DNA of 64,000 nt from Gemmatimonadales bacterium (lineage in GTDB: Bacteria > Gemmatimonadota > Gemmatimonadetes > Gemmatimonadales > GWC2-71-9): assembly GCA_039917855.1 (NCBI GenBank), contig JBDSIR010000146.1, positions 2,047 through 66,046 of the forward strand, read 5' to 3'. Below the pieces are notes generated by a model. That model searched no databases and was not told where the DNA came from. It saw only the letters and a list, made by a program, of their open reading frames with translations. How positions within the stretch are numbered: the first letter of the stretch is position 1; the number at the start of each line of letters is the position of its first letter. This document shows positions 1 to 8,207 of the stretch, in pieces. The position numbers were made by a program, and so were the translations under genes.

Positions 1-1064
1 CGGGCGGACCGCCCGTCGCGCCCGCCGCGACCCGCTTCCTGATAGTACGACTCCGGGGTCGGCGGCAGGGTCCAGTGCACCACGAGCCGGACGGTGGGCT
101 TGTCGATCCCCATCCCGAAGGCGCAGGTGGCCACGACGACCTCGACCTCATCCTCCAGGAAGCGGCGGAGCGTCGCCTTGCGATCCTTGGCGGGAAGGCC
201 TGCGTGGAACGGTGCGGCCGCGATGCCCCGGGCCGAGAGTCCGCGCGCGATCCCCTCCGCGAGTCCTCGGGTGGGGACATACACGAGCGTGGTGCGATCC
301 TCGGTCCGGAGGAGCGCGAGGAGGCGATCCCAGCGGTCGCGTTCCGAACGCACCGCGACCACGCCGAACCAGAGGTTGGGACGGTCGAAGGATCCAAGAT
401 GGAGATCCCACCTGCCGCGGGTGGCGCCCCACGCGCCGAGGCGTAGGGTGGCAGCGATGTCGTCCCGCACCTCCGGGGTGGCGCTGCCGGTCAGGGCAAC
501 GACCGGCGGACGGCCGAGCTTCCAGCGGAGGCGACCGAGCCGGCGGTAGGCGGGGCGAAAATCGTGCCCCCACTCGACGAGGCAGTGCGCCTCGTCCACG
601 GCCAAGAGCACTGGTCGGACCTTTGCCGCGGCGAGATCGGTGGACAGGCGCTCGAGACGCTCGGGCGAGACGTACAGAAGCTTCAGCTCTCCGGACTTCA
701 CCCGCTCCATCACCTCGGCCTGTTGGGGCGCCTTGAGCAGAGAGTTCAGGGCCGCGGCCGCTATGCCACGAGCTTGCAGCGCGTTCACCTGGTCCTGCAT
801 CAGGGCCAGCAGAGGCGACACCACCAGCGTGAGTCCATCGAGGACCAGCGCGGGGACCTGGAAGCAAAGGGACTTGCCTCCCCCAGTCGGGAGGATGGCG
901 AGCGTGTCACGTCCCGCGAGGATCGACTGGACCACCCGGCGCTGAGCGGGACGGAAGTCGGGAAACCCCCAGTGGCGGGCGAGAAGGGCGCGCGCCGTGT
1001 CCAGTCGCTCCGCCAGAGGGTGCGAAGTGCGAGGTGCGAAGTCCGGGGAGGTCGGAGCGGCCAT
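1..1064 (-). CDS. recQ: ATP-dependent DNA helicase RecQ, N-terminal part (continues beyond window start)
   Basis: Absent from the ORF track because it has no stop in the window. My minus-strand translation from ATG at 1064 gives MAAPTSPDFAPRTSHPLAERL..FRPAQRRVVQSILAGRDTLAILPTGGGKSLCFQVPAL..LLAVDEAHCLVEWGHDFRPAYR..LTGSATPEV..VVATCAFGMGIDKP..YYQEAGRGGRDG. The + ORF 564-1244 is its antisense shadow. Confidence 0.9.
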   Translation of the reverse strand, partial: MAAPTSPDFAPRTSHPLAERLDTARALLARHWGFPDFRPAQRRVVQSILAGRDTLAILPTGGGKSLCFQVPALVLDGLTLVVSPLLALMQDQVNALQARGIAAAALNSLLKAPQQAEVMERVKSGELKLLYVSPERLERLSTDLAAAKVRPVLLAVDEAHCLVEWGHDFRPAYRRLGRLRWKLGRPPVVALTGSATPEVRDDIAATLRLGAWGATRGRWDLHLGSFDRPNLWFGVVAVRSERDRWDRLLALLRTEDRTTLVYVPTRGLAEGIARGLSARGIAAAPFHAGLPAKDRKATLRRFLEDEVEVVVATCAFGMGIDKPTVRLVVHWTLPPTPESYYQEAGRGGRDGRSA

Positions 1065-1195
1065 GGCCCCAACGTACCGATTTGCGAAGAGCGCTCCGTC
1101 ACCAGAAAAGCGCGGGCCGACCCAAAAATCGCGAGCGGAGCCGACCCCCAGCCAGGGCACCCAGCACTTCGCACCTCGCACTTCGCACTTCGGAC
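1020..1195. repeat. Heptamer-array inverted repeat, GTGCGAA type, spanning the recQ start
   Basis: Left arm gtgcgaagtgcgaggtgcgaagtccggg (1020-1047) lies inside recQ codons. Right arm cacttcgcacctcgcacttcgcacttcggac is at 1165-1195. Confidence 0.9.
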
Positions 1196-1244
1196 CTTGC
1201 CGCGCCCCCCCCGACCGGTAGCTTCCCGAAGGGTCACCCCCACC

Positions 1245-3098
1245 ATGCCCGATACCGTCGCCGTTCGCTGTCCCGAATGCGGGACCTCGCTCCCGAATCT
1301 CGCTCGCGCCTGTCCCCACTGTGGGGCGGCGTCGCCGGTGGCGCGCACAGCGGAGGGGCTGCTCGCGAGCCCGGTGGAGCCCTCGGCGCCCCCCCCGCTC
1401 GATGACCCGGAGCAGATCCCCATCGTCGAGGAGCTCAAGGCGGAGCTCGAGCCACGACTCGTGCTCTTGAAGCCGTTGGCGAAGGGGGGGATGGGGCTGG
1501 TCTATCTGGCGCGCGACCCGGCACTGAAGCGACTGGTGGTGGTCAAGGTGCTGGCCCCGGCCCTGGCGCAGAACGACCGCGCCCGCGCCCGCTTCAAGCG
1601 GGAAGCGGAGTCGGCGGCTGCGGTGGCGCACCCCAACGTGGTGAGCATCTACGAGGTCGGTGAGCTGCCCCGCACCGGGACCTCGTACATGGTCATGCAG
1701 TTCGTCGAGGGTCCCACGCTCACGGAAGCCTTTCCGAACGGCACCGTCGCGGCCGAGGACCAAGCCCGCCGGATCCTGGGGGAAGTGGCGAGCGCGCTGG
1801 CGGCGGCCCACGCCCGCCGCCTGGTCCATCGCGACATCAAGCCGACCAACGTGATCCTCGAGCGGGAAACGGGCCGGGCCATCGTGCTCGACTTCGGCAT
1901 CAGCGCCGTGCTCACGCCGTCGAAGCCGCGGGGGTCGTCAGGTCGCATGGCGCGCCTGACCGGCCCGCAGACCATCGTCGATCACACCATCATGAGCGGC
2001 CTCACCAGTGAAGGTGTGGTGATCGGGACACCGTACTACATGAGCCCCGAGCAGGCCGCGACCGAACCGGTGACCCCGAAGAGCGATGTCTACTCGCTCG
2101 GCGTCCTGGCCTTCGAGCTGGTGACCGGAGGGCTTCCCTTCGTCGAACCGACGCCGACAGCGATGGCGGCGGCGCACCTCAACCAGATGCCGCGCCCGGT
2201 GATGGAGTTGCGGCACGATCTCGATCCCGAGTTCGCCGCCCTCATCGACCGCTGCCTGTCCAAGTTGCCGGCCGATCGTCCCTCGGCGGAGGCGATCGCC
2301 CGCGCCCTGATGCCGGACCAGGGCACCCAGATCGAATGGCCGCCCCCGGGGCTGGACCGCCTCACCGGTCGCGGATGGCGGGCGCTGTTGCGCGCGGGCG
2401 CGGCCGAGGTGCTGGCGTTGCTGTCGCTGGCGCTGGCGCCGTCGCTCCGCACGCTCGAACCGCATCAGGTGTCGGTGATCAGCGCGGCCGCCGCCGTGGT
2501 GGCGTTCGCCTTTCTGATGCTGATGGCGGGTGCGACCGCCTCCGACGCCATGACGGGGATGCTCCGCGGACTCAAGGCCGGCTACCCGCGGGACGTGCTG
2601 CTCGACGCGGCGCTCGACAAACGGCGCGATGCCGGGGATTTGGTGAACGGCGTCGGGGTGTTCGCGCTGGTGCAGGAGGCCCAGCGTCGAGCGATGCTCC
2701 GTGCCCGCCGCGCCGGCGCCGCGACTCTGCTTGCGGGCATCGCGGGGACCGGACTCCTTTCCGGCGCCCTGGGCGCGGGTCTCCTGGGCAACGACCAGAC
2801 CGGGATCGCCATCGCCGCGCTACCGCTCACCCTTGGCCTCCTGGTGCGCACGCTCATCACCGGCGCGGAACGCCGGGTGCGTATCCGAGCCACCCGCGAA
2901 GCGGGAGAGCCGGTCTTCTCCCGCACGCCGCCGATCCGAGCGGAGCTGGTGAAGGGGTGGCTCGAAGATGCCGGACGCAATGCGCCCCGCCCCGGGACTG
3001 CTCAGGACCGGCTCCGACTCGAAGCGCTGACGCTCCCGTGGCTCCTGTTGCTGGGGCCGCTGGTGGCGCTGGTGGGTGCGTTGTTGCTAGAGAGATAG
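1245..3098 (+). CDS. Ser/Thr protein kinase with N-terminal zinc ribbon and C-terminal membrane region
   Basis: ORF 564-3098 trimmed to the in-frame ATG at 1245. It has CPECG..CPHCG, kinase motifs GGMGLVYLA, VVVKVL, HRDIKPTN, DFGIS, YMSPEQ, and a hydrophobic C-terminal half. Confidence 0.9.
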   Translation: MPDTVAVRCPECGTSLPNLARACPHCGAASPVARTAEGLLASPVEPSAPPPLDDPEQIPIVEELKAELEPRLVLLKPLAKGGMGLVYLARDPALKRLVVVKVLAPALAQNDRARARFKREAESAAAVAHPNVVSIYEVGELPRTGTSYMVMQFVEGPTLTEAFPNGTVAAEDQARRILGEVASALAAAHARRLVHRDIKPTNVILERETGRAIVLDFGISAVLTPSKPRGSSGRMARLTGPQTIVDHTIMSGLTSEGVVIGTPYYMSPEQAATEPVTPKSDVYSLGVLAFELVTGGLPFVEPTPTAMAAAHLNQMPRPVMELRHDLDPEFAALIDRCLSKLPADRPSAEAIARALMPDQGTQIEWPPPGLDRLTGRGWRALLRAGAAEVLALLSLALAPSLRTLEPHQVSVISAAAAVVAFAFLMLMAGATASDAMTGMLRGLKAGYPRDVLLDAALDKRRDAGDLVNGVGVFALVQEAQRRAMLRARRAGAATLLAGIAGTGLLSGALGAGLLGNDQTGIAIAALPLTLGLLVRTLITGAERRVRIRATREAGEPVFSRTPPIRAELVKGWLEDAGRNAPRPGTAQDRLRLEALTLPWLLLLGPLVALVGALLLER

Positions 3099-3171
3099 CG
3101 CGAAGTGCGAAGTGCGGGGTGCAAATTGAAAGGCACAGCCTGTAGCCTGTTGGCTGTCGGCTGTCGGCTGG
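3099..3171. repeat. Solo GTGCGAA-type array followed by a GGCTGTC-type hairpin
   Basis: cgcgaagtgcgaagtgcggggtgcaaa (3099-3125) starts right after the kinase stop. It is followed by cacagcctgtagcctgt-tggctgtcggctgtcggctgg (3134-3171). Confidence 0.8.
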
Positions 3172-3217
3172 AGGCTTTGGGGACCGCGGTCAGGCCCCAG
3201 TTGATTTATTGGGGCGG

Positions 3218-4156
3218 CTAGGGGGTGGGGGCCGTCGGCGTCCAGAACGCCTCGAAGTTCTCCCTGCCGTTGCTCAGCACGACGTGGGGGTCGCTGTTAT
3301 CGGCGCCCGCAAGCCAGAGGTCCCCGGTGCCGTAGAGAAGCCGCGTGCCATCAGGGGACAAGGTGGGCGGACGGTTCCCTCGGGCACTTCCGAGGAGGTC
3401 ATACCGGGAGGTCGCAAGTTCCAACCGGCCTATCACCCAGTCGTTCCCGCTGACGTCGAGAAGGAACAATGACTGGCCGTCGGGAGACCAGGAGGGGAGG
3501 TACCCCGTAAAGCCCGCCGTGCTATCCACTACCACCGCCTCGTCGCCGGTGGCGAGCATCTTCGTCACGACCCAGCGGATCGCAGTGTGGTGGACGGGCT
3601 CATAGACCTGACGGATGAACGCGATCCGTTCGCCATCTGGAGACCAGTTTCCCCCCCAAGCACTGACCCCATCGGGGAAGGTCAGGCGTTGCAATCCTGA
3701 CCCGTTCGACCGGATGCGGTAGAGCTGCTTATCAGCCGAAGGCGTGGCCTGATAGTCAAATAGGATCCAGTCATCAGCCAGAGCCCATTTGGGATTCGTC
3801 GCGCGTACGCCAGCTGGGAGTACCACCTTCCTCAACCCCTCCCCCGAGGCATCGACCAGAAAGAGCTCCCACCAATCCTCGAAGACCACCGTCCGTCCGT
3901 CAGGCGAGACGGAGGGGCTCTCAGGCCAGTGCAAGTGACCGAGGAGGGGCCGCGGATCGGTGCCGTCCGTTGCCATGGTCCACAACGCCGCGCTTGCTGT
4001 GTAGTGGGAATCGGGATGGATGCTGGTGAAGATGATCCGATCGAACAATGGTGGTCCGGAATACCCGTCCGGACCCGTGGCTCCGCCCTCTCCACGGCAC
4101 CCGAGGGCGACGAGGATCGCGAGCGACACGGAGGTGAGGCGGATCACCAGTCTCAT
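3218..4156 (-). CDS. TolB-like WD40/PD40 beta-propeller lipoprotein
   Basis: ORF 3218-4219 trimmed to MRLVIRLTSVSLAILVALGC (lipobox-like). It has repeated SPDG motifs (SPDGRTVVF, SPDGERIAF, SPDGQSLFL, SPDGTRLLY). Confidence 0.75.
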   Translation of the reverse strand: MRLVIRLTSVSLAILVALGCRGEGGATGPDGYSGPPLFDRIIFTSIHPDSHYTASAALWTMATDGTDPRPLLGHLHWPESPSVSPDGRTVVFEDWWELFLVDASGEGLRKVVLPAGVRATNPKWALADDWILFDYQATPSADKQLYRIRSNGSGLQRLTFPDGVSAWGGNWSPDGERIAFIRQVYEPVHHTAIRWVVTKMLATGDEAVVVDSTAGFTGYLPSWSPDGQSLFLLDVSGNDWVIGRLELATSRYDLLGSARGNRPPTLSPDGTRLLYGTGDLWLAGADNSDPHVVLSNGRENFEAFWTPTAPTP

Positions 4157-4283
4157 TGGATGCCCAGAACGAGCGAGGGGTACTGCCCAAGGTGACGACC
4201 GGTGTCGCCCCCCTCGCACAACCGACCCTGATCTGAGTGCAAACGGGGGCCGGGGTCAGGCCCCCTGAGGTCGCGTTCGGAGA

Positions 4284-4514
4284 TCATTTCCGGAAGACTT
4301 CCGGCCACCGGCGGACACCGTACCACCGCTTTCCGTCCTTCGGCATCGACCAGACATTCGAGACTTCACGCAGTTCCGGGAGGACTTCCTTGCCCTTGCC
4401 GACCGCCACGCGCACCGCCTGCCGCCACGAGCCCTGGGCGCGCCGCTTGGCCCACTTGTCGGAGCCCGCGGTAGTGATGCCGGCAATAGGGGTATGTCGG
4501 ATGGAGCGGCTCAT
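4284..4514 (-). CDS. Hypothetical basic 76-aa protein, third cistron after the RelE-like toxin
   Basis: Its ATG at 4514 directly abuts the toxin stop (4515-4517). Mostly G/C-ending codons. I recognise no domain. Confidence 0.4.
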   Translation of the reverse strand: MSRSIRHTPIAGITTAGSDKWAKRRAQGSWRQAVRVAVGKGKEVLPELREVSNVWSMPKDGKRWYGVRRWPEVFRK

Positions 4515-4778
4515 TCAGCGATCCCAATAGGCATTCTTGCGGTCAGCGACCCGGACGACTACGACGAGCACCCGTTGGTCGTACACCTGATAGAGGATCC
4601 GAAAATCGCCTGAGCGGATCCGGTACTCGTTGCGGCTCCCCTTAAGCTTCTTCACCCCGTCAGGTCGGGGATCATCGGCCAACGCCTCGATCCGAGCACC
4701 GACCTGTCGTTGGATCTTCCGAGGTAGCTGCTCGAATTCCGATTCTGCATCTTCTGTGAACTCGATCCTGTAGGCCAC
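4515..4778 (-). CDS. RelE/ParE-family type II toxin
   Basis: 87 aa with GTG start: MAYRIEFTEDAESEFEQLPRKIQRQV..LKGSRNEYRIRSGDFRILYQV..VLVVVVRVADRKNAY, a typical RelE/StbE pattern. More A/T-ending codons than its neighbours. Confidence 0.85.
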   Translation of the reverse strand: MAYRIEFTEDAESEFEQLPRKIQRQVGARIEALADDPRPDGVKKLKGSRNEYRIRSGDFRILYQVYDQRVLVVVVRVADRKNAYWDR

Positions 4779-4821
4779 CTTGCTCCTCCCATCAGGTGCA
4801 GGGCGCCCTTCCGATCATCGC

Positions 4822-5076
4822 TCAGAGGTCGAGCCGCTTCTTGATCTGTTCCCAGGGAACGCGCTTGTCGCTCTTGGCGAGGACGCGGCGCATTTCCTCA
4901 AGATCGTAACGGTCTTCCAGAGCCTGAAGAAGGTCAAGGTCGGAGGCCGAGATCATTGCGGCAACACGCTTTCCGTGCCGCTCAAGGACGATCCGGTCTC
5001 CCCGCACCGAAACCTCATTCAGTAGATCGGATAGTCGCTCCCGAGCCGCGCTAGCGGATACACGTGTAACTGACAT
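4822..5076 (-). CDS. Phd/YefM-family antitoxin
   Basis: ORF 4822-5196 trimmed to MSVTRVSASAARERLSDLLNEVSVRGDRIVLERHGKRVAAMIS, preceded by AGGAG. Lies directly upstream of the toxin. Confidence 0.8.
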   Translation of the reverse strand: MSVTRVSASAARERLSDLLNEVSVRGDRIVLERHGKRVAAMISASDLDLLQALEDRYDLEEMRRVLAKSDKRVPWEQIKKRLDL

Positions 5077-5243
5077 CGTGAACTCCTGACCGGCACTGCA
5101 TCGTCGGCACCACCGACGGGCATGCGGTAAGGGCAGATCGACCCCTCTGGCGGCGGATGGGACAGCCAATCCCACCCAGGGGGTACGCGACGCCAATTAA
5201 TGCGCCACTTGATGGCAGGGCCCCACCCCACCATCCGAGACAA

Positions 5244-5272
5244 ATATTAGTACAATTTGTACGATTTGTCAA
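5244..5272 (-). promoter_or_regulatory. Sigma70-like promoter with palindromic operator candidate (TA cassette)
   Basis: AT-rich island in GC-rich DNA. The minus strand reads TTGACA-aatcgtacaaattgtac-TAATAT with 17-nt spacing. The spacer contains the palindrome GTACAAATTGTAC, flanked by tgtacg..cgtaca. Confidence 0.5.
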
Positions 5273-5307
5273 TAACGTACAAAACACCGTCGCCCCGGGG
5301 ACCGAGG

Positions 5308-5532
5308 TCAGGCCCCCTCTTTGTTTTTCGGCTTGGCGAACCGCAGGATCACCCCGATGATGGCAAAAATGAATGCGGCCAGGATCATCCGGTCATCGTG
5401 CTGCAGCATGCCGGTAAGGCCAAGAGTGAGCGCCGCCATGAGGATGCCGAGGCGGAGCATCTGATAGCTGGGCAGCCATCTGCGCCTGGGAACGGCCGGT
5501 TGGATCTCTTGGGGTCGTTGGTCGTTGGTCAT
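5308..5532 (-). CDS. Small membrane protein (hypothetical)
   Basis: Hydrophobic core LRLGILMAALTLGLTGML..ILAAFIFAIIGVILRF. The first 7 codons (MTNDQRP) lie in a repeat arm; alternative ATG at 5460. Confidence 0.4.
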   Translation of the reverse strand: MTNDQRPQEIQPAVPRRRWLPSYQMLRLGILMAALTLGLTGMLQHDDRMILAAFIFAIIGVILRFAKPKNKEGA

Positions 5533-5617
5533 TGGTCGTGAACGTGGGAGGGTCGGCGATCGCCATCACGGATCTACTGGACATGGGCCAACAACCAACG
5601 ACCAGCGACCAATGACC
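5513..5617. repeat. Heptamer-array hairpin, GGTCGTT type
   Basis: Left arm ggtcgttggtcgttggtcattggtcgtg (5513-5540). Right arm ccaacaaccaacgaccagcgaccaatgacc (5588-5617). Confidence 0.9.
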
Positions 5618-6366
5618 TATTTCTTGAGGAAGGCGCTGATCGCGGTCCGGAAATCGGGGGTCGCTCGGCTCATCGCGTTGATGCGGGCGCCGAGCCTGAT
5701 GGCGTCATCGAAGGGGAGCCCGTCCTGGGCGTAGCAGAGCTGCTTCGTCAGGGCGTACGCGGTGAGTGAGACGCCGGTCAGCTGGTTCACGAGGTGCGAA
5801 GTGCGAGGTGCGAAGTCCGGGGTGCGGATGACCTCGGTCACCAACCCAAGGGCCTGGGCCTCAGCCGCTGAGAGGAGGCGGCCGGTGGCGGTGAGCTCAA
5901 GCGCTCGCTTCTCGCCGACCTGGCGCACCAGCATCGCCATCACCATCGCGGGGACGAAGCCGCGCTGGATCTCGGGGTAGCCGAACTGGGCCGTGTCGGC
6001 GGCCAGCACGAGGTCACAGGCGGTGGCGAGGCCGCATCCGCCCGCGAGTGCCCTCCCCTGCACCACTGCGACGACCGGCTTGGGGAGCGCGCGGAGCCCC
6101 TGGAACAGGGCGCCCAACCGCAGCGCGCTCTGCTCGTTGTCGGCGGGATCCTTGTCGGCCGAGGCGAGGAGCTCGTCGAGGTCGGCGCCGGCGCAGAAGT
6201 CCTTCCCCGCCCCCTTGATGACCAGCACCCGAACGGCGGGGTCGTGGTCGGCGCGGGCGACGCCCTCGTGCAGCGCTTCGATGAGCGCCGACGACAGCGC
6301 GTTCCGCTTGTCGGGGCGGTTCAGAGTGAGCGTGAGAATGCCAGCGTTGAGATCGGTTTGAAGCAT
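5617..6366 (-). CDS. Enoyl-CoA hydratase/isomerase (crotonase) family, methylglutaconyl-/isohexenylglutaconyl-CoA hydratase-like
   Basis: ORF trimmed to MLQTDLNAGILTLTLNRPDKRNALS. Has VIKGAGKDFCAGADL and GYPEIQRGFVP. Contains the repeat-encoded PDFAPRTSH segment. Confidence 0.9.
   Translation of the reverse strand: MLQTDLNAGILTLTLNRPDKRNALSSALIEALHEGVARADHDPAVRVLVIKGAGKDFCAGADLDELLASADKDPADNEQSALRLGALFQGLRALPKPVVAVVQGRALAGGCGLATACDLVLAADTAQFGYPEIQRGFVPAMVMAMLVRQVGEKRALELTATGRLLSAAEAQALGLVTEVIRTPDFAPRTSHLVNQLTGVSLTAYALTKQLCYAQDGLPFDDAIRLGARINAMSRATPDFRTAISAFLKK
5794..5822. repeat. Solo GTGCGAA-type array inside the enoyl-CoA hydratase CDS
   Basis: A 29-mer gtgcgaagtgcgaggtgcgaagtccgggg, identical to 1020-1048. 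It encodes PDFAPRTSH on the minus strand. Confidence 0.9.
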
Positions 6367-6385
6367 CGGGTTCGTCGTGGTTCCC

Positions 6386-6441
6386 GGGTGAAGGGTCGAG
6401 GGTCGAGGGTGCATCACCCTCCACCCTCCACCCTTAACCCT
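6386..6441. repeat. Heptamer-array hairpin, GAGGGTC type
   Basis: gggtgaagggtcgagggtcgagggtg-ca-tcaccctccaccctccacccttaaccctt. A tight hairpin containing the TAA stop of the upstream gene. Confidence 0.9.
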
Positions 6442-6841
6442 TCGCCTGCTTGGCCTGGGTCGGGAGCGATCTCAAGATCGCCGCCGGGACGGGGATCCGC
6501 ATCCGGAGGAGGGCCGTGGAATAGACCTTTCCCTGCGCATCGGTCTTGAGCGAGATGGTGCCCCCACCATCGAGCGCGCCGTGGAGGAGGAAGTTGAGCG
6601 CCCACAGGTTGGGGAGCTCGAAGCGTTCCACTCCGCTCACCATCCCCTTGAAATGCGCCTTCACGCGCGCCAGCGTGACTTCCTTCCGGATGAGCTCGTA
6701 CCACTCCGGCTGGAGCGCGATCAGCCCGACATTGGCGGTGTCGCCCTTGTCTCCGCTCCGGGCATGGGCAAGCCACCGAAGCTGCACCTGGCGGGCCTGT
6801 GGGCCAGTGGGCCGGTGGGCCTTCTTCCGAGCGCTAGGCAT
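6434..6841 (-). CDS. AtuA C-terminal-domain-like small protein (partner of DUF1446/AtuA)
   Basis: Has [32 protein letters not shown], as in the C-terminal region of long AtuA proteins. The ATG at 6841 overlaps the AtuA stop. The start is uncertain because the track ORF begins at 6862. Confidence 0.65.
   Translation of the reverse strand: MPSARKKAHRPTGPQARQVQLRWLAHARSGDKGDTANVGLIALQPEWYELIRKEVTLARVKAHFKGMVSGVERFELPNLWALNFLLHGALDGGGTISLKTDAQGKVYSTALLRMRIPVPAAILRSLPTQAKQAKG
6793..6822. repeat. Octamer array GGGCCNGT inside a CDS (AtuA small partner N-terminus)
   Basis: gggcctgtgggccagtgggccggtgggcc. It encodes AHRPTGPQA on the minus strand. Confidence 0.8.
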
Positions 6842-8207
6842 TGAGAACCTCGACGTGGACATGAGGTTCCACCACGGTCCGGTCGATCAATGCCGGCCAG
6901 TACGCCACGATCTCCTCTACCGCCGGGCGGCCACCGGCAAACCCGGTCACGCTCGGCGGGCCTGTGAGGACCAGGGGTGCGATCTCCCGGCTGAACCGCT
7001 CCACCGCCTTCTTGTCGTTGCTCCGCACCCCCACCCTCAGCTGCACCTCCGCTTCGCGGCCAGTGGGCCGGTCGGCCAGCGGGCCATGCGTCGCGTTCAC
7101 GCCGACAAATTCCGTCAGGATGGTCTCGAACTCGAGCCCGAGGTCCTTGAGCCGCTGGCGAAGGATCTTGTCCGCGGCTTTCGCCTTGTCGTACGCTTCG
7201 GGCCAGCTGTACACCAGCGTCCCGACCGCCTTCCAGCCATAGTGATAGGCGATCGAGACCTTGAGCTTGTCGGTGCGCGGCCCCCCGCGGATGCCGGAGA
7301 CGGCCACCCGGTCCTTCCCCGCCTGCTTGAGCCGGATCGAGGTGAAGTCGGCGACGCCGTCGGGAGTGATGTAGTTGTGGGGGTCGCCCATCTCGTACAC
7401 CAGCTGTTCGCTCACCGAGGCCACACTCACCACGCCGCCGGTGTTCGAGTGCTTGGTGACCACGAAGCTCCCGTCGGGTGCGACCTCGACGATCGGAAAG
7501 CCGGGGTCGGCCAGCCCTTTCACCTTCCGCCAGTCCTTCAGGAGGTTGCCCCCCGAGGCCTGGGCGCCGCACTCGATGATATGCCCGGCGATCGTCCCGG
7601 CGGCCATCTTGTCCCAGTCGTCCCTCCCCCAACCGTGCTCGTGCACGAGGGGACCCAGCGTGAGGCCGGTATCGGTGACTCGGCCTGTGATGACCAGATC
7701 GGCGCCGCGGCCCAAGGCCTCGACCACCGGCGCCATCCCGATATAGGCGTTGGCCGAGACCACCTGGTCACGGATGTCGCTCAGAGGACGGCCGGTATCC
7801 ATGTCGCGCATCTCGTGGCCGGCGGCCAGGAGTTCGTCGAGCCGCGGCAGGATGTCGTCCCCGGAGACGAGAGCGACCTTGACCTGCGCCGAGAGGCCGA
7901 GCTTCCGCGCCGCCCCGATGACCGCCTCGGCGCAGGCGCGTGGATTGACCCCGCCGGCGTTCGAGATGACCCGGAACCGCTGCGACGCGAGATCGGGGAG
8001 GATCCGTTCCATCAGCGGCACGAAGTCGCGCGCATAGCCGTGATCCGGGTCGCGCGACTTCTGCTTCTGCATGATGGACATGGTCACCTCGGCGAGGTAG
8101 TCCATCATCAGGTAATCGATCGGGCCGCCCCGGACCTGACGGACCGGCGCTTCGAGCCAGTCCCCCCAGAATCCCTGCCCGGCGGCGATGCGGACGGTCT
8201 TGGACAT
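6834..8207 (-). CDS. Acyclic terpene utilisation AtuA-family protein (DUF1446)
   Basis: 457 aa: [42 protein letters not shown], the pattern I recognise as AtuA/DUF1446. Its ATG overlaps the peptidase stop (ATGA). Confidence 0.85.
   Translation of the reverse strand: MSKTVRIAAGQGFWGDWLEAPVRQVRGGPIDYLMMDYLAEVTMSIMQKQKSRDPDHGYARDFVPLMERILPDLASQRFRVISNAGGVNPRACAEAVIGAARKLGLSAQVKVALVSGDDILPRLDELLAAGHEMRDMDTGRPLSDIRDQVVSANAYIGMAPVVEALGRGADLVITGRVTDTGLTLGPLVHEHGWGRDDWDKMAAGTIAGHIIECGAQASGGNLLKDWRKVKGLADPGFPIVEVAPDGSFVVTKHSNTGGVVSVASVSEQLVYEMGDPHNYITPDGVADFTSIRLKQAGKDRVAVSGIRGGPRTDKLKVSIAYHYGWKAVGTLVYSWPEAYDKAKAADKILRQRLKDLGLEFETILTEFVGVNATHGPLADRPTGREAEVQLRVGVRSNDKKAVERFSREIAPLVLTGPPSVTGFAGGRPAVEEIVAYWPALIDRTVVEPHVHVEVLNA
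7057..7088. repeat. Octamer array (C/G)GGCCNGN inside the AtuA CDS
   Basis: cggccagtgggccggtcggccagcgggccatg. It encodes [10 protein letters not shown] on the minus strand. Confidence 0.75.

Noticed and set aside
564-1244. N-terminal 227 codons of the track ORF 564-3098 (kinase).
   Set aside because: This stretch is antisense to the recQ coding sequence and has no kinase-related features. The ATG at 1245 gives a sensible zinc-ribbon N-terminus.
3177-5320. TA cassette region with a recurring 3' hairpin considered as integron gene cassettes with attC sites.
   Set aside because: There is no intI integrase. The hairpins are about 20 nt without the R''/L''-L'/R' core organisation (no GTTRRRY/RYYYAAC). 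The genes are co-oriented with the surrounding operons.
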